From positions 1-56,117 of the IMG/VR virus record IMGVR_UViG_3300042868_001938: DNA of 56,117 bases; one strand, written 5' to 3'. Below, piece by piece: positions 23,201 to 30,802 of the stretch. The notes below the pieces were generated by a model that saw only the letters and a list, made by a program, of their open reading frames with translations, was not told the origin of the DNA and made no database searches. Origin of the DNA: a virus. Its lineage: Duplodnaviria; Caudoviricetes. Within the stretch, counting starts at the first letter, position 1. Every line of letters begins with the position of its first letter. The position numbers and the translations under genes are program-made.

Positions 23201-26200
23201 AGTTATAGACTCTAGTTAAAGGATAGATACTAACATCTAATGAGTTTGCGAAAGAATATGTATTTGTTACATACGCAGCCTTAGAAGGTAACATATCAGA
23301 CCAGAAGAATGGTTCGCTGTCAGTTTTTGAAGCAGCCATTTGGTCTAGTGCGTTGTCTAGCATTTCAGCAGGAGTTTGTAATCTAGAATACGCAGTCTTG
23401 TTAACAGTGTCAACTAGTAATGTCTTGAAGGCAATATACTCTCTGCTGTTAAACATCAATGCATTAAACAAGTTGTGATTTTGCTTACGCAAGAATACGC
23501 TAGGCAATACTAAGCTTGCACTATTCTGAATGATTCTGTTGCCCCATGGCACAACATTGCCTAAGTCACGATAGTTGTTTGAGCCAAAAACTTCACCGGT
23601 TGTATTTGGGTTGTTATAGAAAATACTCTGATACTGGCCGCGAATGTCACCAATGTTAGCGATAGTCAAGTCTTGATTCAATGGGTTGTTGTTCAAGTTA
23701 ACAGGTATAGTATAATAAGCAGTCTTACTCACTTGGTCGCTTAATAACAACACTTGAACAATCTGTGCTTCTACAGGCGTGGTCAACATCACAATAGTTG
23801 TGCTGTTGTTAGTTGTAGTATAAGAATACTCAGTTGCATCTAACAAAATATTGTTAGCATACACTTGAATAACTGGCCACTTAGATTGTGTCTCACCAAT
23901 AGTAGCAATATCTAAGAAGAAGGTGTCTATTGTGTCGGGGCCGTATGTATATTGGAACAACTGATACTGCACGCTAGGAGCGACGGCTGTTTGCCAGCCC
24001 AACTGTCTATTAAATGTCGCGGTAGAAGTGTAGTTATATACGTATCCAGTGTTTACTTTTTGGGTGACAGGAGTAGATCCATTAACATAGTCAAACGTAT
24101 CGGAGTTTAGCGAAACATCAAAGCTAATATCTCCTACGTTGTTAACAGAGCTATAGCGTACTGGGAACCCTAATACGGTATCATCTAATCCAGCACTTGC
24201 AATACCATATGCAAATAGTTTTGTTCCGACAAAAGAACTACCAACATATACAGAGCGGTCACCAAAACTGATGCCGTTGCTATCGTAGATATCAAATAAC
24301 GGTGGCTGATTTGCGTTTACTTTTTGCTGTGAACTAATCCATTCAACGCCATCAAAGTGGAAATCTTTTCCTGCATTGTTGTATCCTCTAAAAGCAACAG
24401 TCTGCTCGTTAGGCAATACGTCACCGTCAGCCGCTTCGCTCAATGTAATAATTGGTGATCCTGATGAACTGACAGTAGAGAAGTGAACTACGTAAATTTT
24501 ATTACGTACTTCCAAATCAGAATCTACTGTGAATACTATGCGACTACCTTCAAATAATGCATAGTTATCAACAGTGGTATCAGTTGATACTAACGCCGCC
24601 ACTGATGTGGATGCAAACAATGTGTCGCTAGCCCACACTATAGTAATAGTAGTAGTAGTAGTTGTTTGAGAGATAGTTGATACTAATGAATTATTTGGTA
24701 ATAGATTAGTAGAGTCAGCAATGTACTGTCCTACTTGCAATGATCCAAACAAGTTTGCATTTGCTACAGTGATTGTAGTACTCAACGGGGTTACAGTAGC
24801 TACCATAGAGCCACCACTAGCAGTAGTTACAGGTAATACATCACCGTCTTGTGTCAATGAGATTGTAAATTTAGTTGTGTCTAGTATATCCTTGATATAA
24901 TAAACTGCACCTGAAGTAAGACCACCGATCATTGTACCAGAGAACACAATCTTGTCATTGACCTTCATATCAGCCGTTGTTTCAAGTGAATCTAATGTTA
25001 ATGTGTTTGCTGGGTACCCGCTGGTATCGGTAACAGTATGAGTAATGTATACAGATGCCGTACCAGAACCTGAACCAACACCTGTTGCAACAAACGTTGT
25101 GCCCACTGTGTTTGCGGTTGCACCTATAGCGGTAAAGTTAGTTGTGCCTAAGCTGATAATTTTATATTGTTTACCGATAGTAAAAGAACCAGCAGATAAT
25201 AGTGTACCTACGAAAGATGCGCTTGCAGTAGTATAAGAAGCAACGTCAGGATAATAGCTCGGCTGGCCGGCAACTTGTGTGAATGCGTCAGTAGTTCGCA
25301 TGTCAATAAAATCAACCGGAGCTTTACCAATTGCTCCTGCGTTGAATAGTGACAAGTTTGGATAGAATTCGATAATTGGGCGCTTAGCCTTGTTATTAAT
25401 CGTGGCTAGAACAGTTGCTATGCTTGGATTATTATTGTATGTTGCAGATGCATTGATGACATCAATATGGAACCATCTGTTACTTCTTGACCACGCATTT
25501 TTGTTGATACTATTTCTAGAAATAGTAATGTAGTCAGGTACTACAGGTATATATAAGTCGCTATCATAGTTTCCAATATCATACGGGGTAGTATCATAGG
25601 GGATATATGTACTTACTGTAAATGACTCTGGTGCAATTAGGTCCGCGACAGGAATTAATTCAATTGCTGTTCCTACACCCTCAACATAGTACTGTCCATC
25701 TTTGTATGATGATGGGTATATGTCACCTTCAAATACCACTTTAAGACCGTTGGTGAAAACAACACCATTTGATGCTGTGTAATTAATTTTACCTAATATG
25801 TCAGTTTCAACATTAATTCTGTTAGTAGTGTTGCTATCAATTAATTTGATTACACCTACTTTATTAGCAGTAGTGCCATCTTGGTAGTACAACGTATCTA
25901 ACAATGAACTTAAGTAAGGAACTATAGAAATATTACCATTAACGTCTTTGTAAAATTCTCTGTTAATCCACTCGCTACCATATTGAGGAAGAATTTTTTC
26001 TTCAATTGGAATAGGACCTGCAGGTAATAATCTGATTGTTGGGTTTGAAGGGTCTCCTACGTAAGTAACAGTATAGAAGGTGTTATTCACTTGTGTGTAG
26101 TAACCTTCTTCCATCAAACCTTGATTAATATTACCTGTCATTGCGCCGCTAGCAGTCGTCAATGTTACTTGCGTTCCACCTAGAGAAAGTGATACGGTAA

Positions 26201-27350
26201 ACTGTGTACTGTTAACAATGGATTCTATATAATATAGAGTATTAGGTAGTGTTTCTGAGTACTGTGATATTCCACCAAAAGGTGTACCGGTGAAGGTAAT
26301 AGTTGAACCTACAATTAAATCAGCAGTCGTGTTGCATGTAATAAGATTACCAGTAGCATTAGTATTTGTCACTGATATTGTTGCAGCCGGAACTAAATCA
26401 TTATTTACGTCAAACGCAGTATAGTCAAAGAAGTTAGATATAAATCCGCTCTCATTTACAACACCGGTGTTGTAGAACATCACAGTCAATCCTTCTAGTG
26501 AAGTGATACTATCAATTCCACCAATGTCACTTACTCTCGCTCCGTTAACTTGAATGAAGGGTAATGTACTAACTACACCTACTGAATTGTTTCCGGGGAA
26601 ATTGTATTGGTTCTGTGAATTTTTATTAGGTACAGTGAAAGTAACGATACCGGACGTAGTACCGTTATTAGTTACTCCAAATACATCTCTTGTTTGTATG
26701 TTAGGTTGAGTTAGACTATATCCAGTTACACCCGGTTCACCTTGAATCCAAAACTGTGTTGTTTGGTTAACTGCAAAAGTATATGTGCCACCACGCAACA
26801 ACGTTAGTGTTGGGTTAGTTGAGCCGGCACCACCGGTGGGTGTTGTTATTATATATCCGTTGGTAGCATCATTTACAATATAATCAGTTGAGATGAAAAC
26901 AGTATCCGCAGAAACCACGACTTGTTCTGGGCCGTTAGGTAACCAGTAATATTGATTATAGTTAATAATCTTGTCTAAGTTAGTAAACGAGTCCCATGAA
27001 TAGAACTCGCTATTAAACAAACGATTATTATCATCAGTAATAGCACCTTCTAACTTAAGTGCATCAATGATACCAGGATATGATATAAAATCTTGCGCTG
27101 TAGATTCGTTGTTCTTAGTAAAGACAACGCCTGGTTCAAGTTGATAATCAACTCTAGTTTTTGTAGGTTCAGTAACGTAATAATCCTTAGGATTAATACC
27201 GTAACCAAACTTACTACCAATATAACCTTCTATCTTTTGAGTATTAGGTTGTTGTACAATCTGATCCAATGTAGCTCGTAAAAACTGAGCATTAGTTGGA
27301 GTTTTGAATATGTCTGGTAAAAAATTTAGTGTTCTGATTCGTGTTGCCAT
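8262..27350 (-). CDS. Giant (6362 aa) baseplate/fibre-associated structural protein with repeated beta modules and two propeller-like regions
   Basis: Uninterrupted 19-kb ORF; ~15 copies of a (C)-x-T..G/N..I.F.G..GG....YY(V/I)..(F)T(I/V)S module; FG-GAP-like and BNR/Ycf48-like repeats; follows the gp6-like gene. Confidence 0.75.
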   Translation of the reverse strand: MATRIRTLNFLPDIFKTPTNAQFLRATLDQIVQQPNTQKIEGYIGSKFGYGINPKDYYVTEPTKTRVDYQLEPGVVFTKNNESTAQDFISYPGIIDALKLEGAITDDNNRLFNSEFYSWDSFTNLDKIINYNQYYWLPNGPEQVVVSADTVFISTDYIVNDATNGYIITTPTGGAGSTNPTLTLLRGGTYTFAVNQTTQFWIQGEPGVTGYSLTQPNIQTRDVFGVTNNGTTSGIVTFTVPNKNSQNQYNFPGNNSVGVVSTLPFIQVNGARVSDIGGIDSITSLEGLTVMFYNTGVVNESGFISNFFDYTAFDVNNDLVPAATISVTNTNATGNLITCNTTADLIVGSTITFTGTPFGGISQYSETLPNTLYYIESIVNSTQFTVSLSLGGTQVTLTTASGAMTGNINQGLMEEGYYTQVNNTFYTVTYVGDPSNPTIRLLPAGPIPIEEKILPQYGSEWINREFYKDVNGNISIVPYLSSLLDTLYYQDGTTANKVGVIKLIDSNTTNRINVETDILGKINYTASNGVVFTNGLKVVFEGDIYPSSYKDGQYYVEGVGTAIELIPVADLIAPESFTVSTYIPYDTTPYDIGNYDSDLYIPVVPDYITISRNSINKNAWSRSNRWFHIDVINASATYNNNPSIATVLATINNKAKRPIIEFYPNLSLFNAGAIGKAPVDFIDMRTTDAFTQVAGQPSYYPDVASYTTASASFVGTLLSAGSFTIGKQYKIISLGTTNFTAIGATANTVGTTFVATGVGSGSGTASVYITHTVTDTSGYPANTLTLDSLETTADMKVNDKIVFSGTMIGGLTSGAVYYIKDILDTTKFTISLTQDGDVLPVTTASGGSMVATVTPLSTTITVANANLFGSLQVGQYIADSTNLLPNNSLVSTISQTTTTTTITIVWASDTLFASTSVAALVSTDTTVDNYALFEGSRIVFTVDSDLEVRNKIYVVHFSTVSSSGSPIITLSEAADGDVLPNEQTVAFRGYNNAGKDFHFDGVEWISSQQKVNANQPPLFDIYDSNGISFGDRSVYVGSSFVGTKLFAYGIASAGLDDTVLGFPVRYSSVNNVGDISFDVSLNSDTFDYVNGSTPVTQKVNTGYVYNYTSTATFNRQLGWQTAVAPSVQYQLFQYTYGPDTIDTFFLDIATIGETQSKWPVIQVYANNILLDATEYSYTTTNNSTTIVMLTTPVEAQIVQVLLLSDQVSKTAYYTIPVNLNNNPLNQDLTIANIGDIRGQYQSIFYNNPNTTGEVFGSNNYRDLGNVVPWGNRIIQNSASLVLPSVFLRKQNHNLFNALMFNSREYIAFKTLLVDTVNKTAYSRLQTPAEMLDNALDQMAASKTDSEPFFWSDMLPSKAAYVTNTYSFANSLDVSIYPLTRVYNFATANYYGVLVYLVRTTNGFTQTTQLVKNVDYSVSATAPSLTVTLDLLPNDQIIIKEYNQTYGSYAPNTPTKMGLYPASIPSVVLDSSYNVPTYFIKGHDGSYNKLYGEYDPVTGVLIDFRDQALLEYETRVYNNLKLSNTIPVQEYEVLPGFFRETDYTYDEVLKIYSETFLNWVGQNRINYKRQIFNKQDEFTWNYYQSGNKINKAVIQPGNWRGVYQYFYDTSTPDTSPWEMLGFKNMPSWWATRYGPAPYTSDNLVLWGDLAAGINWNNGDPVVIEQAIRPQLLDVLPVDSAGNLVSPFVSLVGNYNSNIFQRDWKVGDAGPAEFSYRRSSSYPFDLMRIIALTKPAEFFNLAVDVDNYKYNEEFNQYLVNDRSHLVLGDIEIYGNGTAKTSYINWIVDYEKQVGIDATQNISDLLKNLDVRLVYRAAGFTDKNLLKFYVEKGTPNSRNASLLIPDESYSVLLYDNQPFTRIVYSGVVIQLSKNGYTVFGNSQTEAFFTVQDPLINGNYYTLEVDKTTVKLANDYSDNISYVPYNTEFYNVQEVAQFIESYGRYLESQGVVFDQIENGLPITWRQMVAEFLYWSQTGWQTGSIVTMNPAASLLLIDKENSIVQPLTFRQQNFVLNQNLYPIQSKDLSILRDGTAFTVQPLNQGDTVAYGQFNLSNFEHGIVFDNVTLFNDIIYNTITGLRQTRILTKGTKTAEWNGTVDAQGFILNQDNIVEWTKEFKYTTGSIVKYKNKYWIATKIIQAKELFDERDWKQTDYNEIQKGLLPNSSTRSYESTLYYDVNKANLENDADLLSFSLIGYRPRDYLALADLTDITQINVYKNMIKNKGTRNATNAFKGANLPQGGIDYDIYENWAILSGEFGGVLNNNFIEFKINENYMTGNPSIVGITTGTPNEGVQQEIPLYSLFNYGRLVTDENVLATIPTITPSTVFPDAGYVNFNDVKMVSYFYNNMATAINQNGTIIPIDNFYVRDYVWLADYLGSWQVYTPTSMGQVVLIKNNLNGTVTATFTNPHKLKKYEAFAIVNFDNVINGYYIATLVIDQYRVIINLNLNPSILNVTGQGVGFKFQSQRVNTPADIINLPLLDSEFTKNKVWVDTNNDGAWAVYRKGINYQYESEITKENTVTFGSAVAYTSVLGYLVGDAGDGKAYRYTYNDLNNVYDLVQTISHSASFGSSIAYADNIFVISEPTGASQVHIYDLQNTTLVDDLIVYQSPITARDSSTNWGSAVEISGDKKWLYISATDLNRVYVYRLSQLTEEYEYVTYLTDASLASGDMFGYSIATDYYGDTVVISAPNQDYSATIDNWGYTYVFDRVVQNIEAQYTTPVLSQQAFTLAWTPTTISTAASATSSSTNRITCVSTSGFVGGTLGQPVIFSGTVLASSNIDPNTVYYIKQVVDATNFTISLTRNGAVFELDTDSGSGMIVNVQSTPLYVSVNGTLLVDNDYAVVGSQVIVTKSINAGDIVNVSGNQFTKIQTLTTEATPRVGVHFGQSVDTTTYASEIIVGAPFALNSENQEGAVHRYTNAGGKYGVLIGTTDCSLTVTRNVLLNGYLVSIPAGNATVAANYINSSKITNIQASAINGKLVISLINTDLSTPNDKLTIAVTNTATLAELGISVFTQTQVITCPHKTGPTQFGNVVQFNQAGSFVASAPTGTRYVATTFDFSDDENQDDDTIFDNNATQWIDTFSYAGAVYMFDYLSVANESLLTPGKFAYAQSVNALNEEYGSQPMYGHAVDFSDYHVIVGTPNMTNGDSNGQVVTYINTSGQADWSVYRSSAAVVDVDKIQNVQLFSAETNNTLDNLDYIDPLQGKILGSVRQNIDCISNIDPAGYNTTPVAQSTQRPLAWKADKVGQIWFDTSAVRFVNYHQNDNTYNSKYWGTLFPGSSVAVYTWISSNVPPSSYVGPGVPYDRTVYSIDYISNPSGSLTPVYFFWARNTNIVFENIGKTLADSVIQAYILSPKSSGIAYFAPLLPNVFALYNCAEYINANDTVLHIGYATGDNGDVPHSRYSLIRANYADDFLPGLPATTSTDSPQYLYDRMLDSLCGVDETGAVVPNPYLPKAVQLGVLVRPRQSFFINRFLALKNYLTFANEVLSLYPITETRRTSFLTTSGAFYNTSNYWSFTNWWAIGYNDNTKSAVQVPIYADLAALEVDTGTIARVAANGDGKAETYIKNTDGTWTRIGLNNGTITINSALWDYSAARLGFGDNFYDTNPFDEYPSEETRYIVRALNEQIYINDLLIYRNQSLILLFEYIQSETIESQNYLPWLNKTSFVDVAHTIRELVPLEVFQSDNQDFLAGYLNEVKPYHVVIKEFLFKYTKTEVYEGDITDFDLPAKYNTALEKYITPELVYGNPSSDNQYSSDSAIWQDPAYSQWFSNYGVSITGQPDYPISVLATYVALNTHSFAVDNAYGFPINGVVKIGTELIGYSSVDRNLNIISGLTRGVNGTDISTHIPGEIITIDLPAVLVLNGGRGYAEPPKVTAYIDTSIYPEPDELAQLVAVMNLDSVLSVTVVNPGKGYAVLPEIIIDSAVTVTFASSEVSVTTNTIQLYAPLLATGDLVQYSVMSGTTPIQGLSIGQWYYVKVLETVPTVTVALYSRYSNAVKDQDRVELYSTGTGVGHVFSEGARASCISSSSPVRENNIAIRFDRTTYDSQVIDWLAGKFYGSYYAGTYNSSQTVASSVITLETTQPPIESILASAQGIAFEIVTVDNDQELTWSSFIRSVKSTEATYDSILLTPLDGNNPDLSDLELNASGTTLGFYVGMPVKFKGAVGSSNIVNDVTYYVKEVLSEISFTISATVNGSIFSLGTQTIGAAGLQCFVGEVTNTAVITVNYPGIRNVTNTLKTLNTITVPLNDTGTGGTAGFYVNLPIFFTGNVFGGIVENLTYYVTTVIDSQTFTMSENQDPVSVTVYSATASTNIINCESTLDLNINDPVIFNNMLIAGSAVTDFGGIQDGTTYYVSSIINPTQLTISSVVNGGTFDITTDIVAASNTSALMTSQSDTVTLTTATGNMTMNVSLPVSPGQVNGQLFTLYPTSEQYNNVTGTDGSLITRTIEKTLATVNRIAITETSGGLTNLYDNMPIEVASNIGGLTTGTQYYIVDHGNISVTVTNTSSTGNALLCTSTASLYVDMPIIFSGTGLGTIDLSVEYYVKSISTSTTFTVTNTPGGAETVMSNDNGTMVGTGSPYIQVSQTLGGTAETLSTATGPVTLTQTPIGTPSFDASYILGGYRVTIEDGATGYAVDNIITISGNDIGGSTTANDLTLTVDSVSSTGAITSVICSGTPAGTSVQYYFRVLSANQFGVYSNSLMTIPVSGIDFPYQGVTSTTVTELDTYDITVDSLTGFSVNDPVVFTGTVAGNIELGTTYYIKTLTPTFTISETVGGASFDVGTETDLSFTMAKSGDFALLPEPFSFNQSVVKYNNRVYRCIISNNDTDFIFGKWELLDSGDRYLNALDRIVGYYQPTANMPGLDLTQLVEGITYPDSTYLGNAFAPEQQFEVDTILQDQPFYPTEVDNVSITWDGLTYLGASNTPDYSAIIASAPGDEWTIDKLANTSLNFTDMLYAGGYYVLTTRNAATPIYRSNNGTDWTSNGQYTPYSSTPYDDFPYDVTALEVASISLNSVGYSDSLGLWVAVGENIVTSTDTYVWRETYFFPDDLVNQFNGVDGVAVTSFAGFVAVGKGQRYDYSTGVTQTVDTNILMTSTTGYQWSTIPSLTTKGFNSATDNGSLIIVVGEDGVIYSSVNGALWLGVSETLVYGSFVTANQVSVQSTLGFAVNDKIRFTTSFGVISASTDYWIKTVDSSSRVTISTSLGGSTLTLTSAQPTVATQMYLYPETDTLNDVYFANSLFMAVGDNGIIRTSSDGYSWTTQTSGTTEKLNGVMFNADDSVWIVVGDNNVILQSSDDGSTWESISLFTVDPTIYDVQGNEFMYGYGPEELVPGVVTDNVTMIVATRPGTNWSVETYAHAGYDVVSREYTPESATQTIYSFAELVQTPAQLAVFAIDGTTGLSTTLIGPNNDSVTADYSINWITSTITLNAPLGGTPTNKLRIDLYETGNGDQLVKASTKTDPLRINTVTGWNEIYVNCNYTGTIFNGSGVIQSGTNEKFATASVTDSVTDTILCDNIRDFNINDPITFQGAVFGGIAEDTTYYVKTVSIITNKITVSLTYNLSTGTAGPTLALTSDTGNMIAVINVGTGTTYTDPLLYHNGVKLLHGTTGTVTKTSSLNNAITCNTTGSMILGTPIVFSDTMFGGVIQPQTVYYINSIYDANEFTVSETYPGTDLALTTATGGASFVTNDYAFGIAPNGVSAKLIFASQYDTDVDYITYTLFGETAPEQYGYTIPETQYFEGDGSTDVFVLLNNNELDNVTSGIVEIDGIRVSDTEYTIDSYTDTVTFTTAPSLGSVISVTTYNITLRQYLTTQYGITGNTVSSIADITNAISAPIASTNVTATDGTTEYITCASTTNFIVGQTIEFKGTSFGSIATNGTVYFVRAVIDSTHFTIENEAGTIVNLTTGTGLIVAYVGGQPAVRVTTVTAHGYSDGDIVMIDGTTGSTQLNNQIFYVKVINSIQFDLYSEPYDSSYAAVNYPITEISAYTGGGYTWIQNIFPLVTAVSTGTTVVVSSHRILGDTTSMTVGTPILFSLFGTQIGDVLDCGIVVGTTYYIREIFNVGEFSVSETRGGTEFALTADSQTFNMTQWEQDNVDRLWVTVNGYRVPSSSLRLNPNNQVSILSPITSADEVIITSMIPSATPNEEVYLLNVNQTNQASVYRANTLTRTWLTQPLYNTSSSIQVHDVTRITDSVIENTTTPSPEVNGNYHVGITADKNIISAISVYNTTTGMMVTSYTIKVINLAPTLVITAGVSTGDDLVITVIEGNLVYINGEQIKFTSVNLATNTLSGLQRGANGTGEQAVIPLYSEVFGILSSNRMTNTQYNKEWNSYVYNTTDGDPLQISQTAAAIFLNTDIS

Positions 27351-27375
27351 TGTTTATCTCGATTACTTATAGTAC

Positions 27376-30300
27376 TTATCTTATTTGTAATTCGGCGGAA
27401 GTTAGTGCTGAAATTACTACCACATCGCTAGCCGTTGCCGCGTTTACGAATATCTCGTATGGCGCACATTTGATTTCATATAAATCTCCAAAACTCATTG
27501 TAGGGTCATTTGGTACTAGCACAACTGAGCTAACTAATTCACCAATCTCACCGTGAATATATGCACTCAATTCAGAGAAGTAGAATGTATCTCCGAAGTT
27601 CCAATTGTTAATGCTGAAATAGGTATTCATAGTAGTCAATGTTGCACTACGTATTTCACTATCACTTGCATTAGTGTTAGATGCCTTAATAACCTTAATA
27701 GTTGCTCTTAATGCAGAGGCGGCTTTAGGTCCAAACAATGGTTTGAATACAACACTGTTTAAAACAACACTGTCACTTAACATCTTGTAATCTTGTACTT
27801 TACTATACTCTTGGCTTAGTTCATTAATAGTAGGTTTGTCCGGCATAGGAATTGTGTTCGTGGTATCTTGAATCCAATTCTGATATTCAGTATAATATGC
27901 TTGGGTGACAACATATAAATCAATGATGTTTGTAGTTGCAGGATCTATACGTGTTGTATTATTACTATTGTGGCGATATTGATATATCAGTCCTTGACGA
28001 CCGGGCTTAACTGAGTACTGTGGTTGTTCAATCAACACATAGTATGGCGTTGTGATTGCATTATCTTGCTGAGTAATATAAAATATATTATCAGCATATG
28101 CATAGAACAATTGACCTTCAGGATATTCATATTTTGCAACTTCAATTTGTGTTTTAGTTGCATATTGATAAACCACAGATGTACTGGGTACAATCTGATA
28201 GGTGTTCAACGTAATATCATTCTCTATCAACTCAAAAAATACATATACCCCAATATTAGAATTACCAGTAACATATCCTGTAACTTGTGTGAAGAAGTCT
28301 GGATTAGAGATAATAGTTCTGTCGTTCACATCAATGCTAGCAACTTCAACTTCAAAGTCATCTACGTACCCATCTGATTCAACTGTTTGACCAATAACAC
28401 TTACTTTAACATCTTTGTTCAACGGGTAATTAGAATTTGGTTGTGTGTTGCTACTAAGAACATTAACAAAGTCTTGTAATATCTTACCAGAGAATGGATC
28501 ATATACTAGTTTATTTGCTTCGAATGTAAATCTAGTATCAGCAACACTTCCAAAGTAATATGCTAGCGCACGGAATGTCACTATGTACTTGTTGGCAGAT
28601 TGACTTTGAAAATTAACAAACCAATTAGCATCATCGTATGGTTTAATAGACCAACGTTCTTGATTCACTGCTAATGAGTTATTGAATACTAATGAAAAGT
28701 TTTGTTGCAGTTCCATTCTAATAATACATTCCTGTATTATTTCTGCCGATAGTGTATTATCAAAAGTAGGTAGTATAGTGGTTAGTATTGCTCCACCCGG
28801 AACATACCCGTTTAATACAATAGGACCTGTTCCATTACTAAAGCCACCTTCGCCGTTATTATAGCCGTCACCTATTACATTAAGTACAGTAGTCCACAAC
28901 ACTGTAGGGTCAGCTGGTCCCGGAACACCTGATACCAATCGGTTATTACTATCAAAATAATATCCAGTTGGTGCAGAGAATTGCACTAACGCTCCTTTGT
29001 TAATATACTTTACATTATTAGTAGAATATGTTCCGACAGGAATTGGAACTTCTTGTGAATTACTTAAATTATAGAAATAACCTGTCTCACTATTTGCATC
29101 TACTGTTTTAGTTTTCCAATACACAGTACCATCACCGCTGGCACTGTTTACTGAATATCTAGTATAGTTTTGCGTGTAATATTGTTTTGCTTTATTAGCA
29201 GACAACACTGACGATAGAGTATCTGTTAAGAACGTTATAATACTACCAGTTGTAGTAATTGTTAGTGCTAGATAACCGTTACTTGTATCTTGGTATAACG
29301 CGCCGTCACTTGCAAAACTATTTGTGCTGGAATACTTTCCAGTTGGATCTAACATATCTAAGTTTTTAGATACACCAACTGAACTGCGATTAATCGCTTT
29401 TGATTTGATAATGGAACTGTATAATGTATATGGGAAGTTGTTATAATCTTCTCCGTTAACCATACGATTCTGTGTGTAGTAACGAGTTGGAGCACGTTGT
29501 TTAATATTAGCTAATGACTCACGTGCTTGAGCGTTAGACACTGGCACTTGCAATGCTAATCCAATTGTTAGTGTTTCAATTCTTCCTACTCGGTTTACAT
29601 AAGAGAATGCAACAGTAATACCTTGCATTTCAGAAGGATCAACTGTGTATGTCAACGCATTGCCTGCACGTACATATGATCTGAAAGAACCCACAGGTAT
29701 TTCACTGAATATACCATCACCAAATATATACGATACTTGGTCGTTAAATCTTGAACCTACACTAAAAATCTTGCGCACACTAGATTCTGTTTGCAAATAT
29801 GCATCAGCATATACGTTTTCAACTTCTTTCCACAACCCGGTAGTTCCGTTTGTAGCACTCAATTGATACAACCATGTATCAGTATTGTTAATACCTTGAA
29901 TATCAATGTCAACTACTTGGTTACTGATTTGTTGTTCTAAGGTAAAGTCAAAATTCTGCAATGATCCTTGCTTGAAGTAGAAGAAGAAACCTGTGTTTGG
30001 GCTACCGTAACCTAATTTGTCGTTGCGATATAACATATTGAAACGACCGCTTGGTGCAGGAGGAATTTCATATATGTAATCTTCATCAACTGAGGTTACG
30101 GATACTAATTCAAAATTCATGTTTGTACCGTCAACCGAGCTAGTGAATGGGATGATCGGTAAACTATTTTGAGGGATATTAAGTGCGTACTCATCTGTCT
30201 TTACACCTAACAATTGTGCTGAATTGCCAGGGCGGCCGATTCGCTGTGCGTCCACTAAGGCGGCGTTAATGATAGTGTTGAACTGCTCTAGCCAATTAGG

Positions 30301-30747
30301 GTTTGCAGGGTCATTCCATAATACAGTTAAATTGCTTAGATTCAACCCGTTAACATCAATGACGTTCTGACTGGTTGACAAACTGACGACTTTCAAATAT
30401 CCTTGACCTGCTAAGTTGCGTTTAGGTGTATAGCTAACCAAGTTAGCCAATTTAACAACACTGTCTCTACGTTCAGCAGTATCAATGAAGTTTTCACGTG
30501 TGTTTAAGTCATTACGGAAAGCAAGACCTTGACCCATGAACGCCATAACGTCTAGTAAAGCAATAAATTCACTAGATTCAATATAGTCGTTAAATGTCTC
30601 TGGGTAATATACACGCAGATAATCTATGAAACTTTTACGAAGGGTTTCATAGTCGTAGCTTCTGAAATCGGCTTCTCGGAAAGTCTGATAAATCGCTTTC
30701 CAGTCATTAACGCCGAATAATGCTGATTGTCTTGAACTTGTAGCCAT
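27376..30747 (-). CDS. gp6: Baseplate wedge subunit, T4 gp6-like
   Basis: DFRSYDYETLRKSFIDYLR..ENFIDTAERRDSVVKLANLVSY; FGDGIF; ESLANIKQRAP..QNRMVNGEDY. Confidence 0.8.
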   Translation of the reverse strand: MATSSRQSALFGVNDWKAIYQTFREADFRSYDYETLRKSFIDYLRVYYPETFNDYIESSEFIALLDVMAFMGQGLAFRNDLNTRENFIDTAERRDSVVKLANLVSYTPKRNLAGQGYLKVVSLSTSQNVIDVNGLNLSNLTVLWNDPANPNWLEQFNTIINAALVDAQRIGRPGNSAQLLGVKTDEYALNIPQNSLPIIPFTSSVDGTNMNFELVSVTSVDEDYIYEIPPAPSGRFNMLYRNDKLGYGSPNTGFFFYFKQGSLQNFDFTLEQQISNQVVDIDIQGINNTDTWLYQLSATNGTTGLWKEVENVYADAYLQTESSVRKIFSVGSRFNDQVSYIFGDGIFSEIPVGSFRSYVRAGNALTYTVDPSEMQGITVAFSYVNRVGRIETLTIGLALQVPVSNAQARESLANIKQRAPTRYYTQNRMVNGEDYNNFPYTLYSSIIKSKAINRSSVGVSKNLDMLDPTGKYSSTNSFASDGALYQDTSNGYLALTITTTGSIITFLTDTLSSVLSANKAKQYYTQNYTRYSVNSASGDGTVYWKTKTVDANSETGYFYNLSNSQEVPIPVGTYSTNNVKYINKGALVQFSAPTGYYFDSNNRLVSGVPGPADPTVLWTTVLNVIGDGYNNGEGGFSNGTGPIVLNGYVPGGAILTTILPTFDNTLSAEIIQECIIRMELQQNFSLVFNNSLAVNQERWSIKPYDDANWFVNFQSQSANKYIVTFRALAYYFGSVADTRFTFEANKLVYDPFSGKILQDFVNVLSSNTQPNSNYPLNKDVKVSVIGQTVESDGYVDDFEVEVASIDVNDRTIISNPDFFTQVTGYVTGNSNIGVYVFFELIENDITLNTYQIVPSTSVVYQYATKTQIEVAKYEYPEGQLFYAYADNIFYITQQDNAITTPYYVLIEQPQYSVKPGRQGLIYQYRHNSNNTTRIDPATTNIIDLYVVTQAYYTEYQNWIQDTTNTIPMPDKPTINELSQEYSKVQDYKMLSDSVVLNSVVFKPLFGPKAASALRATIKVIKASNTNASDSEIRSATLTTMNTYFSINNWNFGDTFYFSELSAYIHGEIGELVSSVVLVPNDPTMSFGDLYEIKCAPYEIFVNAATASDVVVISALTSAELQIR

Positions 30748-30767
30748 GGGATGTGTTCTCTTTTAAG

Positions 30768-30775
30768 TATTTATC
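30768..30775 (-). promoter_or_regulatory. Late promoter (GATAAATA)
   Basis: tatttatc upstream of the gp6-like start. Confidence 0.6.
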
Positions 30776-30802
30776 ATACTTGAAAACACCGGTTTTTAAG
30801 GG

